From: Candidatus Aenigmatarchaeota archaeon
GTDB taxonomy: Archaea > Aenigmatarchaeota > Aenigmatarchaeia > CG10238-14 > SpSt-28
Direction: 5' to 3'
Length of the DNA: 62,116 nucleotides
NCBI GenBank assembly: GCA_018920305.1
Contig: JAHLMO010000003.1
Location: 1-62,116 of the forward strand
In this document: positions 47,940-57,082 of the stretch, piece by piece
How the letters are laid out: each line of letters starts with the position of its first letter
Position numbering within the stretch: position 1 is the stretch's first letter
Notes under the pieces: generated by a model
What the model was told of the DNA's origin: nothing
The model's database searches: none
Seen by the model: only the letters and a program-made list of their open reading frames with translations
Program-made: the position numbers and the translations under genes

Positions 47940-48873
47940 AAAAACTTTTTAGTAGGATTGAAAAATTTAGCAAAGGAATTTTGTATCTTTCTATGTCATC
48001 TGGAAAAATTCTTGGACAAGCTAGATTTATTAAAAAATCCACACTTATACCTTCTAATTTTTCAGGCACAATCTCGTCAAAAGCAAAAATATATACTTTT
48101 TTTCCCATTTTTTCAATTTCTTTTTTTATTTTAAAAACATCATAAAATATTTGGCCTTTCTTCCAACTAACTAATAATCCAATTTTTTTAGCTTCTTTAA
48201 ATTTTACTAAGTTCCACGCTATTATTTTTCGAAACTTTTCTCTTAAAAAACTAATGTCTCTAATTTCTTGTTTTTCAAGATCGATATAGATTATAGGTTT
48301 ATTTTCTATTTCTAGTAACAAGCCTAAAGGGTAAAAAAATCCTTCAGAAATAACTATTATCGCTTCTGCCTCATCTATTTTAGCAGCATTTACATTACAA
48401 CCTAATATTTGAGCTTCATACTCTAAAACTTTTTTAGTATAAACTTTTTTATTTTTCATTTCTAAAAAACTTTTTACATACTTAACGTAGTTAACATATT
48501 GTAAACTTGAAACTATTGTATATGAATTATAAATAAACATATTTTCATATCTTTCTAATATTTTTTCTATCTTCTCTTTCTCTACATCAAAAATATAATG
48601 AACATAAAAAACAGGTATAGAAGATTTAACCCCAAAATTAGAATGACCAATATGAATTAATGCTTCACAACCCAATCTTTTTGCTTCTTCATCTCTTACA
48701 TCACAAGCTCCATAAGTAGGTTCTAAACTAAAAATAACATCTATATCATTTTCCTCAAAAATCTTTTGTATTTCCTCTATTTTGGTCTTTAGGCCTTCTG
48801 AAATTTGGATAAAAATTTTTTTAATATTTCTTTTTTTTAATTCGTTTATTATATCTAAAAACTCTGAAATCAT
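47905..48873 (-). CDS. dph2: diphthamide synthesis radical SAM enzyme Dph2 (2-(3-amino-3-carboxypropyl)histidine synthase)
   Basis: KKIFIQISEGLK...EPTYGACDVRDEEAKRLGCEALIHIGHS shows a three-domain Dph2 pattern. Confidence 0.8.
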   Translation of the reverse strand: MISEFLDIINELKKRNIKKIFIQISEGLKTKIEEIQKIFEENDIDVIFSLEPTYGACDVRDEEAKRLGCEALIHIGHSNFGVKSSIPVFYVHYIFDVEKEKIEKILERYENMFIYNSYTIVSSLQYVNYVKYVKSFLEMKNKKVYTKKVLEYEAQILGCNVNAAKIDEAEAIIVISEGFFYPLGLLLEIENKPIIYIDLEKQEIRDISFLREKFRKIIAWNLVKFKEAKKIGLLVSWKKGQIFYDVFKIKKEIEKMGKKVYIFAFDEIVPEKLEGISVDFLINLACPRIFPDDIERYKIPLLNFSILLKSFYEEKGVRSNSI

Positions 48874-48958
48874 AAAATTTTTCTAAAACAATAAATATAA
48901 TAATAAATAGTTTATTATAAATTTAAATATTAATGATTAACTTTAATATAAATATAAT

Positions 48959-49783
48959 TTGAAATTTATTATTACTTTTATGAAACAAGAAACTACAAGA
49001 CGAAAAACTCTATACGTGTTTCTTGATGAGTGTGTGCTAATTGGTGGATTATTAGAAAAATATGGAAAAATGTATTCAAAGCGAAGTTCTCTAGAAGAGT
49101 CCCAAAAATCACATATAGAAAGTTTTAATAGTCTTAAGAATTTTCATAGTTATCTCGAAAAGGAATTATTTGATTCCAATTACAAAATTTCAGTTAAACT
49201 TCTTTCCTTTGAATCTTCTTTAAAAAATGCAATAGAAAAGTTAGAAGGAAAAGAATATAGGAAGTATTTAGATGATAAGAAACTGAAAAAATTTAACGAA
49301 TATCTTAAAAGAAGAAAATATTCTCAAATAGAAAACAGTATATATTCTGAACTAAAGGAATACTCAATAAGGATTAATGGGATTCATGTAAATATCATTA
49401 GAGAAGAATATGAAAAACAATATCGAGAAATTTTTGATAGAGAACATAGAGATCTATCAGAAAAAGATTTAAAGCAAGTATTCGACAAAGATGATATTAA
49501 CTATATTAAAATAATCACAACTTATGCTAAAATAAAAAATGGAAAAGGGATATATATACTTTTTACAAACGATCAAAGAATTGTAAAAAAGTTTTCTATC
49601 ATATTAAATAGACTTTTAAAAAAGAATGTCTATATCTTAGATGCAGAAGCCCTCAATACATTACAAAAATATATACATCACCATCGTAGAGATATGAGTC
49701 TAGATGATTTAACTTATCTTTTGAGAGATTTAAGTTATAGCTATATACATAAATCTATTAATAGAAATAGTAAAGACAAATAA
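48959..49783 (+). CDS. hypothetical protein; weak PIN-like termini
   Basis: TTG start (alternative ATG at 48980). LYVFLDECVLIGG near the N-terminus and GIYILFTNDQRIVKKF near the C-terminus are reminiscent of PIN acidic motifs, separated by a long helical insert. Tentative. Confidence 0.45.
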   Translation: MKFIITFMKQETTRRKTLYVFLDECVLIGGLLEKYGKMYSKRSSLEESQKSHIESFNSLKNFHSYLEKELFDSNYKISVKLLSFESSLKNAIEKLEGKEYRKYLDDKKLKKFNEYLKRRKYSQIENSIYSELKEYSIRINGIHVNIIREEYEKQYREIFDREHRDLSEKDLKQVFDKDDINYIKIITTYAKIKNGKGIYILFTNDQRIVKKFSIILNRLLKKNVYILDAEALNTLQKYIHHHRRDMSLDDLTYLLRDLSYSYIHKSINRNSKDK

Positions 49784-49809
49784 ATTACTATTATAATACC
49801 ATTTAAATT

Positions 49810-50655
49810 ATGCTAAGAATTTCCTATAGAAAACCAGAAGAAATCGATGAAGATAAGTTATTCGAAAAAGATATAAAAAAAGTTTATATTGAAGAAAAAA
49901 TTGATGGTGAGTTATCGGATAGTTTTTTAGATTCGTGTGCAGAAATTGAAAAAGATTTATATTTATGTCTCTTTGCTGAAAATGTCAATGTAAAAGATTT
50001 ACATGTAATAAACTACGAATCTCCATCCACAAAAATTGTCTTTGATGGCGCAGTTTTGGAAAATGATAAAGAACTTAGATATCTTTCTCCAGAAATTTCT
50101 TCAAAAATTTCTTTTATTTTGGGCTATTTTTTTGTACCTATTTTTTATATAGGCTCACTAAACAAGGAAATAATAAATAAATCTTTAAACAGAAATTCTG
50201 CTTTTAAAAATACTATTAATCCAAATTTGATAAAAATCATTGAAAAAGAAGGTAAAACAAAAATAGATAAGACTAAAAACGTTATAGAAGGAATTGTAAT
50301 TAAAATTTATGAAAATGAATTCGAAAGTTATAAATTAGTTAGAGAAGAATTCGAAAAAATTAAAAGACAATTCCCCAGAGAGTACTATAATCATCTTAAA
50401 GTAAAAAATAGAATAAGAGTATATAATCCTAAAGAATTCTATAGTTATTGGGAAGAATACGTATTTAGACCTTTAAGATCAAGAATAGATAAAAATCTCT
50501 ATCTAGTAGCGTACGAAAATTATTGTCATTGTTATAATAAAGCTACTTTAGAAGCATGTATAAAATCAATACCTAAAGAAAATAAAAAACCTATAATAAA
50601 AAATATAAAGAAATTAATTTCAAAATATTATAAGTCTGAATTATCTGTTACTTAA
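49810..50655 (+). CDS. hypothetical protein with covalent nucleotidyltransferase (RNA-ligase-like) motifs
   Basis: Motif I-like YIEEKIDGE (KxDG), III-like LCLFAEN, IIIa-like KIVFDGAVL, IV-like IEGIVIKI and V-like SYKLVREEF occur in the canonical order. Confidence 0.5.
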   Translation: MLRISYRKPEEIDEDKLFEKDIKKVYIEEKIDGELSDSFLDSCAEIEKDLYLCLFAENVNVKDLHVINYESPSTKIVFDGAVLENDKELRYLSPEISSKISFILGYFFVPIFYIGSLNKEIINKSLNRNSAFKNTINPNLIKIIEKEGKTKIDKTKNVIEGIVIKIYENEFESYKLVREEFEKIKRQFPREYYNHLKVKNRIRVYNPKEFYSYWEEYVFRPLRSRIDKNLYLVAYENYCHCYNKATLEACIKSIPKENKKPIIKNIKKLISKYYKSELSVT

Positions 50656-51318
50656 TTTACTTATTATTTCTTCAGCAATGAATTTTGGTTCTCTATTTGC
50701 CCAAATTTCGACGAAATACAATCCTTTTTTTCGTAAATATTCCTCTACAGGTTTTGTTTGTTGATAATATACTTTTAATCTTTCTCTTACAATTTCTGGT
50801 CTATCATCATCTCTTTGAATTAATTTAGAACCACATTTATCACAAATCATATCATTTTTCGGTAAAAGAGAAGGTAATTTATAATGAATACCATCAATTA
50901 CTTTGTCTATATCGGTAATATTGTAATTTCCATCACAATTAGGATTACTACAAACTCTTCTCCCACTAATCTTTTCGATTAAAATTTCATCATGAACATT
51001 AATTTTTATTATTGCGTCTATTTTTATATAATTTATTAACCATTCTGCTTGATTAACAGTTCTTGGAAAACCATCTAAAATAAAATTATCTTTTTTTTCG
51101 TCTATAATCTTTTTAACAACTTCTATGACTATTTCATCAGGTACTAATAATCCTTGCTTTAAATAGCTTTCAACTTTTTTTCCTAGTTCACTTTGCTTTT
51201 TTACTTCGGCTCTAAAGATATCTCCAGTAGATATTTTCTCAATTCCTAGCTTTTCTTTTAAAATCGATGAGTATGTCCCTTTTCCGCTTCCTGGTGGTCC
51301 AAATATTATTAGTCTCAT
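50641..51318 (-). CDS. adk: adenylate kinase (long, zinc-lid Adk type)
   Basis: MRLIIFGPPGSGKGT, DGFPRT, and the lid cysteines CSNPNCDGNY...CDKCGSKLIQRDDD. Confidence 0.9.
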   Translation of the reverse strand: MRLIIFGPPGSGKGTYSSILKEKLGIEKISTGDIFRAEVKKQSELGKKVESYLKQGLLVPDEIVIEVVKKIIDEKKDNFILDGFPRTVNQAEWLINYIKIDAIIKINVHDEILIEKISGRRVCSNPNCDGNYNITDIDKVIDGIHYKLPSLLPKNDMICDKCGSKLIQRDDDRPEIVRERLKVYYQQTKPVEEYLRKKGLYFVEIWANREPKFIAEEIISKLSNR

Positions 51319-51350
51319 AATTATTCTTAAACTTATTTTATGTTAATAAT

Positions 51351-51923
51351 ATGTTAATAATAGGTTTATCTGGATACGCAGCAAGCGGTAAAAGCGAAGC
51401 TGCAAAATATCTAAAAGAAAAATACAATTTTGAAGTTTTTGAAATTTCCAAAATTATCGAGGAAGAAGCTATTAAGTTAAACTTAATTCAAGAAGATTTA
51501 AGTTTAGAAGAGAAAAAAAGAAAATTGAGTGAAGTTGGAAAAATTATAAGAGAGAGATATGGAAAGGAAGAAATATTTGCACTAAAAATTATTGAAAAAA
51601 TAAAAGATATTAAAGCTAACAAAATTATTGTTGATGGAATAAGAAGCTTAAGTGAAATTAAAGCATTCAAAAATGAGTTTAACAAAAATTTTTATTTAAT
51701 TTTTATTTTTGCGCCCGCAAAAATAAGATATGAAAGAAGAAAAATACAAGATAAAAATTTTAATCTAAGTTTTGAAGAGTTTTTAGAAAGGGATAAAAGA
51801 GATAAAGAGATATTAGGTCTAGATAAATTAGAAGAAATAGCAGATTTTATAGTTGAAAATAATTCTTCTCTAGAAGAATTCTATAAGAAATTAGATCTTA
51901 TAATTTCTTCTATCTTAGATTAA
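51351..51923 (+). CDS. P-loop nucleotide kinase (dephospho-CoA kinase-like / UPF0200-like)
   Basis: MLIIGLSGYAASGKSEAAKYL P-loop at the N-terminus, IIVDGIRS, and the size of a small kinase. The exact substrate is unknown. Confidence 0.5.
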   Translation: MLIIGLSGYAASGKSEAAKYLKEKYNFEVFEISKIIEEEAIKLNLIQEDLSLEEKKRKLSEVGKIIRERYGKEEIFALKIIEKIKDIKANKIIVDGIRSLSEIKAFKNEFNKNFYLIFIFAPAKIRYERRKIQDKNFNLSFEEFLERDKRDKEILGLDKLEEIADFIVENNSSLEEFYKKLDLIISSILD

Positions 51924-52012
51924 ATTTATGAATGAAGAAACGACGGTCAACAGAGATGATGAAGAAAAACTATTTATCAGATGTTATTAATAATTTTTAG
52001 TTCTTATAATTT

Positions 52013-53011
52013 ATGGTAAAAGATTCAAAACCACTAGCAGGAAGTAGAGCATTTTGGCCTAGAAAAAGAGCTAAAAGGATCTATCCAACTATAAAATCTT
52101 ATCCTAATTATGATAAAGCTATGCCTTTAGCGTTTGCTGGCTATAAAGCTGGTATGGTTCATGTTATAGAAATAAGAAAAAGAAAAGTCCTAAAAAAAGA
52201 AATAGAAGAAGAATATTTTGTTCCAGCTACAGTAATAGAGGTTCCACCATTAAAGGTTATAGGGATAAGATTTTACGAATTAACAATAAAAGGATATAGA
52301 AGTATTTTGGACATTTACGCAAAAGATGAAAACATTCCGAAAAATTTGAAAAGAAAAATAACTAACTTTAAGAGCAACTATGATGAAGCTATTAAAGAAT
52401 TTGAAAAATTAGACAAATCTAAAATAAAAAAGGTTAGAATAGTAGTAGCTACACAACCATGGTTAGCTGGAATAAAAAAGAAAAAACCAGAAGTTTTTGA
52501 GATAGAAATTGGAGGAAAAGTTGAAGATGCTATAAATTATGCATTTAATGTTTTAGGAAAAGAGATAAAGGTTAGCGAAATATTTAAAGAAGGTCAATTG
52601 GTAGATGTGATAGCAGTAACTAAAGGTAAAGGTACTGCTGGGCCTGTAGAAAGATTTGGTGTAAAAGAGCAAAGAAGAAAAGCAACACAAAGAATTAGAC
52701 ATGTTGGATCTTTAGGAGCCCAAGGTGTAGGTAGAGTTTTACCAGGTAGGGTGCCTATGCAAGGTCAACTTGGATTTCAAAGAAGAACAGAACTAAATAA
52801 AAGAATTTTAAAAATTTCCTCTAATGGACAAGAAATTAATCCAAAGGGTGGTTTCTCTCATTATGGTTTAGTAAGAAGTGATTATATTCTAATTGAAGGA
52901 AGTGTTCCAGGACCTAAAAAGAGATTAATTATGATTAGATTTGCAATTAGAAATCCAAAAATAATAATTCCACCAAATATAAAAGAAATAGTTATAACAG
53001 GATATAATTAA
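52013..53011 (+). CDS. rpl3: 50S ribosomal protein L3 (uL3)
   Basis: FAGYKAGMVHV...VTKGKGTAGPVERFGV...GSLGAQGVGRVLPGRVPMQGQLG is the uL3 signature. The gene is isolated from other r-protein genes. Confidence 0.9.
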   Translation: MVKDSKPLAGSRAFWPRKRAKRIYPTIKSYPNYDKAMPLAFAGYKAGMVHVIEIRKRKVLKKEIEEEYFVPATVIEVPPLKVIGIRFYELTIKGYRSILDIYAKDENIPKNLKRKITNFKSNYDEAIKEFEKLDKSKIKKVRIVVATQPWLAGIKKKKPEVFEIEIGGKVEDAINYAFNVLGKEIKVSEIFKEGQLVDVIAVTKGKGTAGPVERFGVKEQRRKATQRIRHVGSLGAQGVGRVLPGRVPMQGQLGFQRRTELNKRILKISSNGQEINPKGGFSHYGLVRSDYILIEGSVPGPKKRLIMIRFAIRNPKIIIPPNIKEIVITGYN

Positions 53012-54328
53012 TTAAACTTTTTGTTTTAGATGCTTTAGATAATTTATCGCCTCTTCCAAACTTAAATTTTTTCTTTCTTTTGTTCTAATATTTTGTAAAG
53101 TAAAAACATTTTCACTAATTTCTTTTTCTCCTATTATTAACGCATATTCTATCCCTCTTCTTTCTAATTCTTTTATTCCCTCTAAAACATTCCTAAGACC
53201 TTCAAAATGAAAATAAGTATTAATTTCGTTTTCTCTCAATTTATTTACGATTTCTAGTACTTTTTTTAAATCTACATTTTCTAAATAAATTACACCAACT
53301 TCAGAATAAGTCTTTTCTTCTACTTTTAAAATTCCTAGTTCCAAGCATGCATCAATTAATCTTTCTATTCCTATGCTTCCTCCAACAGCTGGAATATCTT
53401 GATTTATAAACTTAGAAATCAAATTATCATATCTACCACCACCAGCTAAACTTCCAATTTTTGGTTTTTCAACTACAGCTTCGAATATTGTTGAAGTATA
53501 ATAATCTAAACCTCTGACTAAACATAAATCTATCTTAATTCTTTTTTTATCTTTTACAAAGTCTATTATATTTTTTAGATTCTCTAAATAAACATCTATT
53601 TCTTTTAAATTAAGTTTTTCTAATTCAACAAATATTTCTTCGTTTCTTAATTGTGAAATACTAATAATTTTCTTGATTTCATTTAATTGCTCCTTATTTA
53701 ATTCTTTTTCTAATTCTTTTATAACATTTTCTATTCCTATTTTATCCAATTTATCGATAATTCTATAGACCCTAATTATTTTTTCTTTTTCGATTCCAAT
53801 TTTTTTCTCAAAAATAAGGGTTAATAAATTTCTATCGTTAACTTTAATTAAATAATCTTTAAAATTAAATTTTTTAAATACATCAACAACTACATTTAAA
53901 ATTTCTACATCAGCTAAAAAACTTTTTGAACCTAAAATATCAAAATCACACTGCCAAAATTCTCTATATCTTCCTTTTTGCGGTTCTTCATATCTAAAAA
54001 CTCTACCTATTTGATATCTCTTAAATGGTAATTTTGGTCTAAATCTTGCATAAAATCTAGCTAAAGGAACAGTTAAATCATATCTTAATCCAAATTCTTT
54101 TTCGCTATAAGGTAATTTAAATCTCCAAATTAATCTATTTTCAGCTTCATCTCCATATTTACCTTTTAAAACTTCCCATTTTTCAACTATTGGAGTTTCT
54201 ATAGGATCGAATCCATATATTTGAAAAATTTTTTCTATTTTTGAAAAAACTTTTCTTCTAAGAATTTCAATTTCTGGCGGAAAATCTCTTAAACCTTTTA
54301 AAGGAACTAAAAATTCGCTATTACTCAT
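53012..54328 (-). CDS. hisS: histidyl-tRNA synthetase
   Basis: GLRDFPPEIEILRRKVF, LRYDLTVPLARF, FRYEEPQKGRYREFWQCDFDILG, GGGRYDNL, and a C-terminal anticodon-binding domain. Confidence 0.9.
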   Translation of the reverse strand: MSNSEFLVPLKGLRDFPPEIEILRRKVFSKIEKIFQIYGFDPIETPIVEKWEVLKGKYGDEAENRLIWRFKLPYSEKEFGLRYDLTVPLARFYARFRPKLPFKRYQIGRVFRYEEPQKGRYREFWQCDFDILGSKSFLADVEILNVVVDVFKKFNFKDYLIKVNDRNLLTLIFEKKIGIEKEKIIRVYRIIDKLDKIGIENVIKELEKELNKEQLNEIKKIISISQLRNEEIFVELEKLNLKEIDVYLENLKNIIDFVKDKKRIKIDLCLVRGLDYYTSTIFEAVVEKPKIGSLAGGGRYDNLISKFINQDIPAVGGSIGIERLIDACLELGILKVEEKTYSEVGVIYLENVDLKKVLEIVNKLRENEINTYFHFEGLRNVLEGIKELERRGIEYALIIGEKEISENVFTLQNIRTKERKNLSLEEAINYLKHLKQKV

Positions 54329-54799
54329 AATAAAATTAAAAGAGATTTTTAAATTTGATTAAATTTTTCTCAGTTAAAAATTATAAAGTTATTTTTTACT
54401 TTTTCTACTATAGATTTTAGTTTTAGATATCATTTTATAGACTATATATGCTACTATTATTAGACCTAAGATACATATTCCTAATTTAAGATAATCCTTA
54501 GTAAACATTATTCCTATTATAGCCACAACCATAACTGCTGTTATTAATACTATTCCTATTTCTCTTATATCTTCGTTGCTACGTATTTCTTTATAAAATT
54601 TAATCGTTTGAAAAAGTTTATAAGTTGCAAACGTATGAAAAAATCTATAATAAAAGGTCTACAATTTTTTAATTTTTGTTTATTCTAATTGAAACACCTA
54701 AACACCTAAATTCAAATTTAAAAAATTAGGAGTAAATAGATCTTAGGAGATCCACGACAAAATGTATGTATTTAAAATTTAATATCTAAATAGGGAAAA

Positions 54800-54899
54800 A
54801 GCCGGGGCCGGGATTCGAACCCGGGATCTGCGGGTTTCTATCGCTCATAAATCGCAAAACCCTGCAGCCCGCCGCGTGAAACCGCTCCGCCACCCCGGC
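54800..54899 (-). tRNA. tRNA-Cys (anticodon GCA) with 26-nt intron at 37/38 (54836-54861)
   Basis: Reverse complement reads GCCGGGG-TG-GCGG-AGCGGTTTC-ACGC-G-GCGGG-CTGCAG[GGTTTTGCGATTTATGAGCGATAGAA]A-CCCGC-AGATC-CCGGG-TTCGAAT-CCCGG-CCCCGGC-T. Discriminator U73 is the classical Cys identity element. Confidence 0.85.
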
Positions 54900-54988
54900 A
54901 ATCTTCATATATAATATTTTTAATTTTAGTTCTAAATAATAACGCTAATCATTAAAAAACATAATAGAGGATGTATTTGTAATCATTT

Positions 54989-56023
54989 ATGAACGTAAGA
55001 AACGAAATAAAAAAGATTTCGAATATTCTATTTGAAGTACCGTTTGCTATTAGATCTATCAAAGAAATAGTTTCATCTGTAATTGATAAAAAAATTAATA
55101 GAGATCTAATCGTAATATATGGCGAGAATCACTTATCGGAATTAGATGCAAAAATAATAAGTTGGTTAATAAAGAAGCTCAAACCTTATAAAGTTTTATC
55201 GGAAGGTCATATGTTGAAATCGGAAGATTTAAGAGAAGTTGAAGGTAGTATAGAAGATTCTAAGAAGGAATTTATAGAAAACATGAAAGAAATAGGAACT
55301 ATTAAATATTATCTAGAAACTATTAGTGATAGAATTTCAGAAGAAGAAAGACAAAAATTAGAAAATATTATATCAAAAATTTTGAAAAGATATTCGATAA
55401 AAAATAAAAGAAAAAAGTATGAAATTAATATCGATACTAATTTGCTTGATTTAAATGGCAAGGAATTTTATAATTTACGTAAATTTGTAGAAGAATCAAT
55501 AAAATCAATAAACTCTCCTATCCATGAAAAATTAGATACTGATATAGAAAAATATTTAACGTATCTTGCTGATCTATATAAATATTTAGAATTTCTTATA
55601 CATTTGAGAATAATTTATAGACTTATAATAAGAGATTTTTATATAAAAGAAGCAATTCTCAAAGTTGGGTCTGAAGAAAAGATTATAGACAATAATGAAC
55701 ATCTGCAAGAAGCTTATATTAAGGCAAGTAGTGAAAATAATAAAGAACTTATGAGATATATAAACAATCTGAGAGAAAGAGAAATGGCTTACGAAATTAT
55801 GAAATATGTTGAAGAGCTTAAAAGAGAATTTGGAAAATATAGAATATTAGTTATTGTAGGCGCAGCTCACGCAAAAAATATCAGAGAAATTTTAAAAAAT
55901 AATGGAATAAAAAATGTTAGAGTAGTAAGTAATTTATATTTCTTTGATTTAGATATGAGCATGAACATAGAATATTATAATAGTGAATACGAGGAATTTC
56001 TACAAAAAACATATAAGCTTTAA
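54989..56023 (+). CDS. hypothetical protein; possible TraB/Tiki/ChaN-superfamily fold
   Basis: N-terminal LIVIYGENHLSE (GxxH) and C-terminal ILVIVGAAHAKNI (GAxH) resemble the paired motifs of that superfamily. The middle is helical and Lys/Glu-rich. Tentative. Confidence 0.5.
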   Translation: MNVRNEIKKISNILFEVPFAIRSIKEIVSSVIDKKINRDLIVIYGENHLSELDAKIISWLIKKLKPYKVLSEGHMLKSEDLREVEGSIEDSKKEFIENMKEIGTIKYYLETISDRISEEERQKLENIISKILKRYSIKNKRKKYEINIDTNLLDLNGKEFYNLRKFVEESIKSINSPIHEKLDTDIEKYLTYLADLYKYLEFLIHLRIIYRLIIRDFYIKEAILKVGSEEKIIDNNEHLQEAYIKASSENNKELMRYINNLREREMAYEIMKYVEELKREFGKYRILVIVGAAHAKNIREILKNNGIKNVRVVSNLYFFDLDMSMNIEYYNSEYEEFLQKTYKL

Positions 56024-56050
56024 ACTATTAAAGCATTCAAATAAAAATTT

Positions 56051-56818
56051 ATGATAGATATACATTGTCATTTAAGTACTAAAACATTTAATAAAAATTA
56101 TAATCCATTAGTTAATAAAATCGAAGAATATAAAAAACACTTAAAAGCTATTATAGATTCTGCAACTAATTTTGAAGATGCAAAACATTCTATTCAACTA
56201 TCAGAAAAATATAAGAATTTTGTGTTTAGTTCTTTAGGTTTGCACCCTATTGAAGCAATTAACTATACAGAAAAGGAGATAGATGAATATCTAGAATTTA
56301 TTTATCAAAATAGAGATAAAATAGTTGCAATTGGAGAAATCGGATTAGATTATTACTGGATAAAAGAAAGCGAAAAAATTAAAAAATCTATAGAAGTTTT
56401 TAAAAGATTTATTGAAATTTCTAAGGATATTAAAAAACCTATAATATTGCATGCAAGATTAGCAATTGAGGATGTTTTTAAAATTATTGTTAATGAAGAT
56501 GTTAAAAGTGCGGTTTTTCATTTTTTTGACGGAAAAATCAAAACTGCAAAAGAAATCATAAAGGAAAATTACTTTATAAGTATAAACAATCAAGTATATA
56601 AAAATCCTGCAATTCAGAATGTAGCTAAGGAAATTCCTCTAGAGTTTTTAGTTACAGAAACTGATTCTCCTTGGTGTGGAATTGGAAAAGAAATAAATGA
56701 ACCTACAAATATAAAAATCTGTTTAGAATATATCTCAAAATTAAAAAATATTAGTTTAGAAACTGTGGAAAAAACAATAGATGAAAATATAATAAGGCTT
56801 TTAAATTTAAACATTTAA
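56051..56818 (+). CDS. tatD: TatD-family metal-dependent hydrolase/DNase
   Basis: MIDIHCHL (HxH), AIGEIGLDY, PIILHAR, VFHFFDG, LVTETDSPW. Confidence 0.85.
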   Translation: MIDIHCHLSTKTFNKNYNPLVNKIEEYKKHLKAIIDSATNFEDAKHSIQLSEKYKNFVFSSLGLHPIEAINYTEKEIDEYLEFIYQNRDKIVAIGEIGLDYYWIKESEKIKKSIEVFKRFIEISKDIKKPIILHARLAIEDVFKIIVNEDVKSAVFHFFDGKIKTAKEIIKENYFISINNQVYKNPAIQNVAKEIPLEFLVTETDSPWCGIGKEINEPTNIKICLEYISKLKNISLETVEKTIDENIIRLLNLNI

Positions 56819-57079
56819 ATGAAGGAAAAACTAAAGGAATTAGCAGAAAAGCAAATAAAAATTATTGAAGAAGTTATGAAGAACTTAAAAATATTAGAAG
56901 ATAATGAATTAATAGAGTTAGCAAAAAGTTATTTTTACGATGCAAAATACTTTTTTGAAAAGGAAGATTATTTAAACTCTTTCGAAGCAATAACGATTTC
57001 TTGGGCATATATTGATGCGTGTCTCCATTTTAAAAAAATTGAAATACAAGAAGAATTTAAAAAGTTTTTTACCGTCTAA
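56819..57079 (+). CDS. small helical protein, possibly DUF357 family
   Basis: AKSYFYDAKYFFEKEDYLNSFEAITISWAYIDACLHF resembles the DUF357 pattern as I remember it. The start abuts the tatD stop. Confidence 0.4.
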   Translation: MKEKLKELAEKQIKIIEEVMKNLKILEDNELIELAKSYFYDAKYFFEKEDYLNSFEAITISWAYIDACLHFKKIEIQEEFKKFFTV

Positions 57080-57082
57080 GAT

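Noticed and set aside
54389-54658. Minus-strand open frame ending ...EIGIVLITAVMVVAIIGIMFTKDYLKLGICILGLIIVAYIVYKMISKTKIYSRKSKK (two hydrophobic helices) downstream of hisS
   Set aside because: The only ATG (54532-54530) falls in the middle of the first helix, leaving 47 aa. No ATG, GTG or TTG lies upstream in frame. It is either a decayed small membrane gene or chance, so it is not called.
54751-54769. Short inverted repeat GATCT-TAGG-AGATC upstream of tRNA-Cys
   Set aside because: The stem is only 5 bp, and it lies downstream of the tRNA on the tRNA's own strand with no T-tract context. It is too weak to call a terminator or a binding site.
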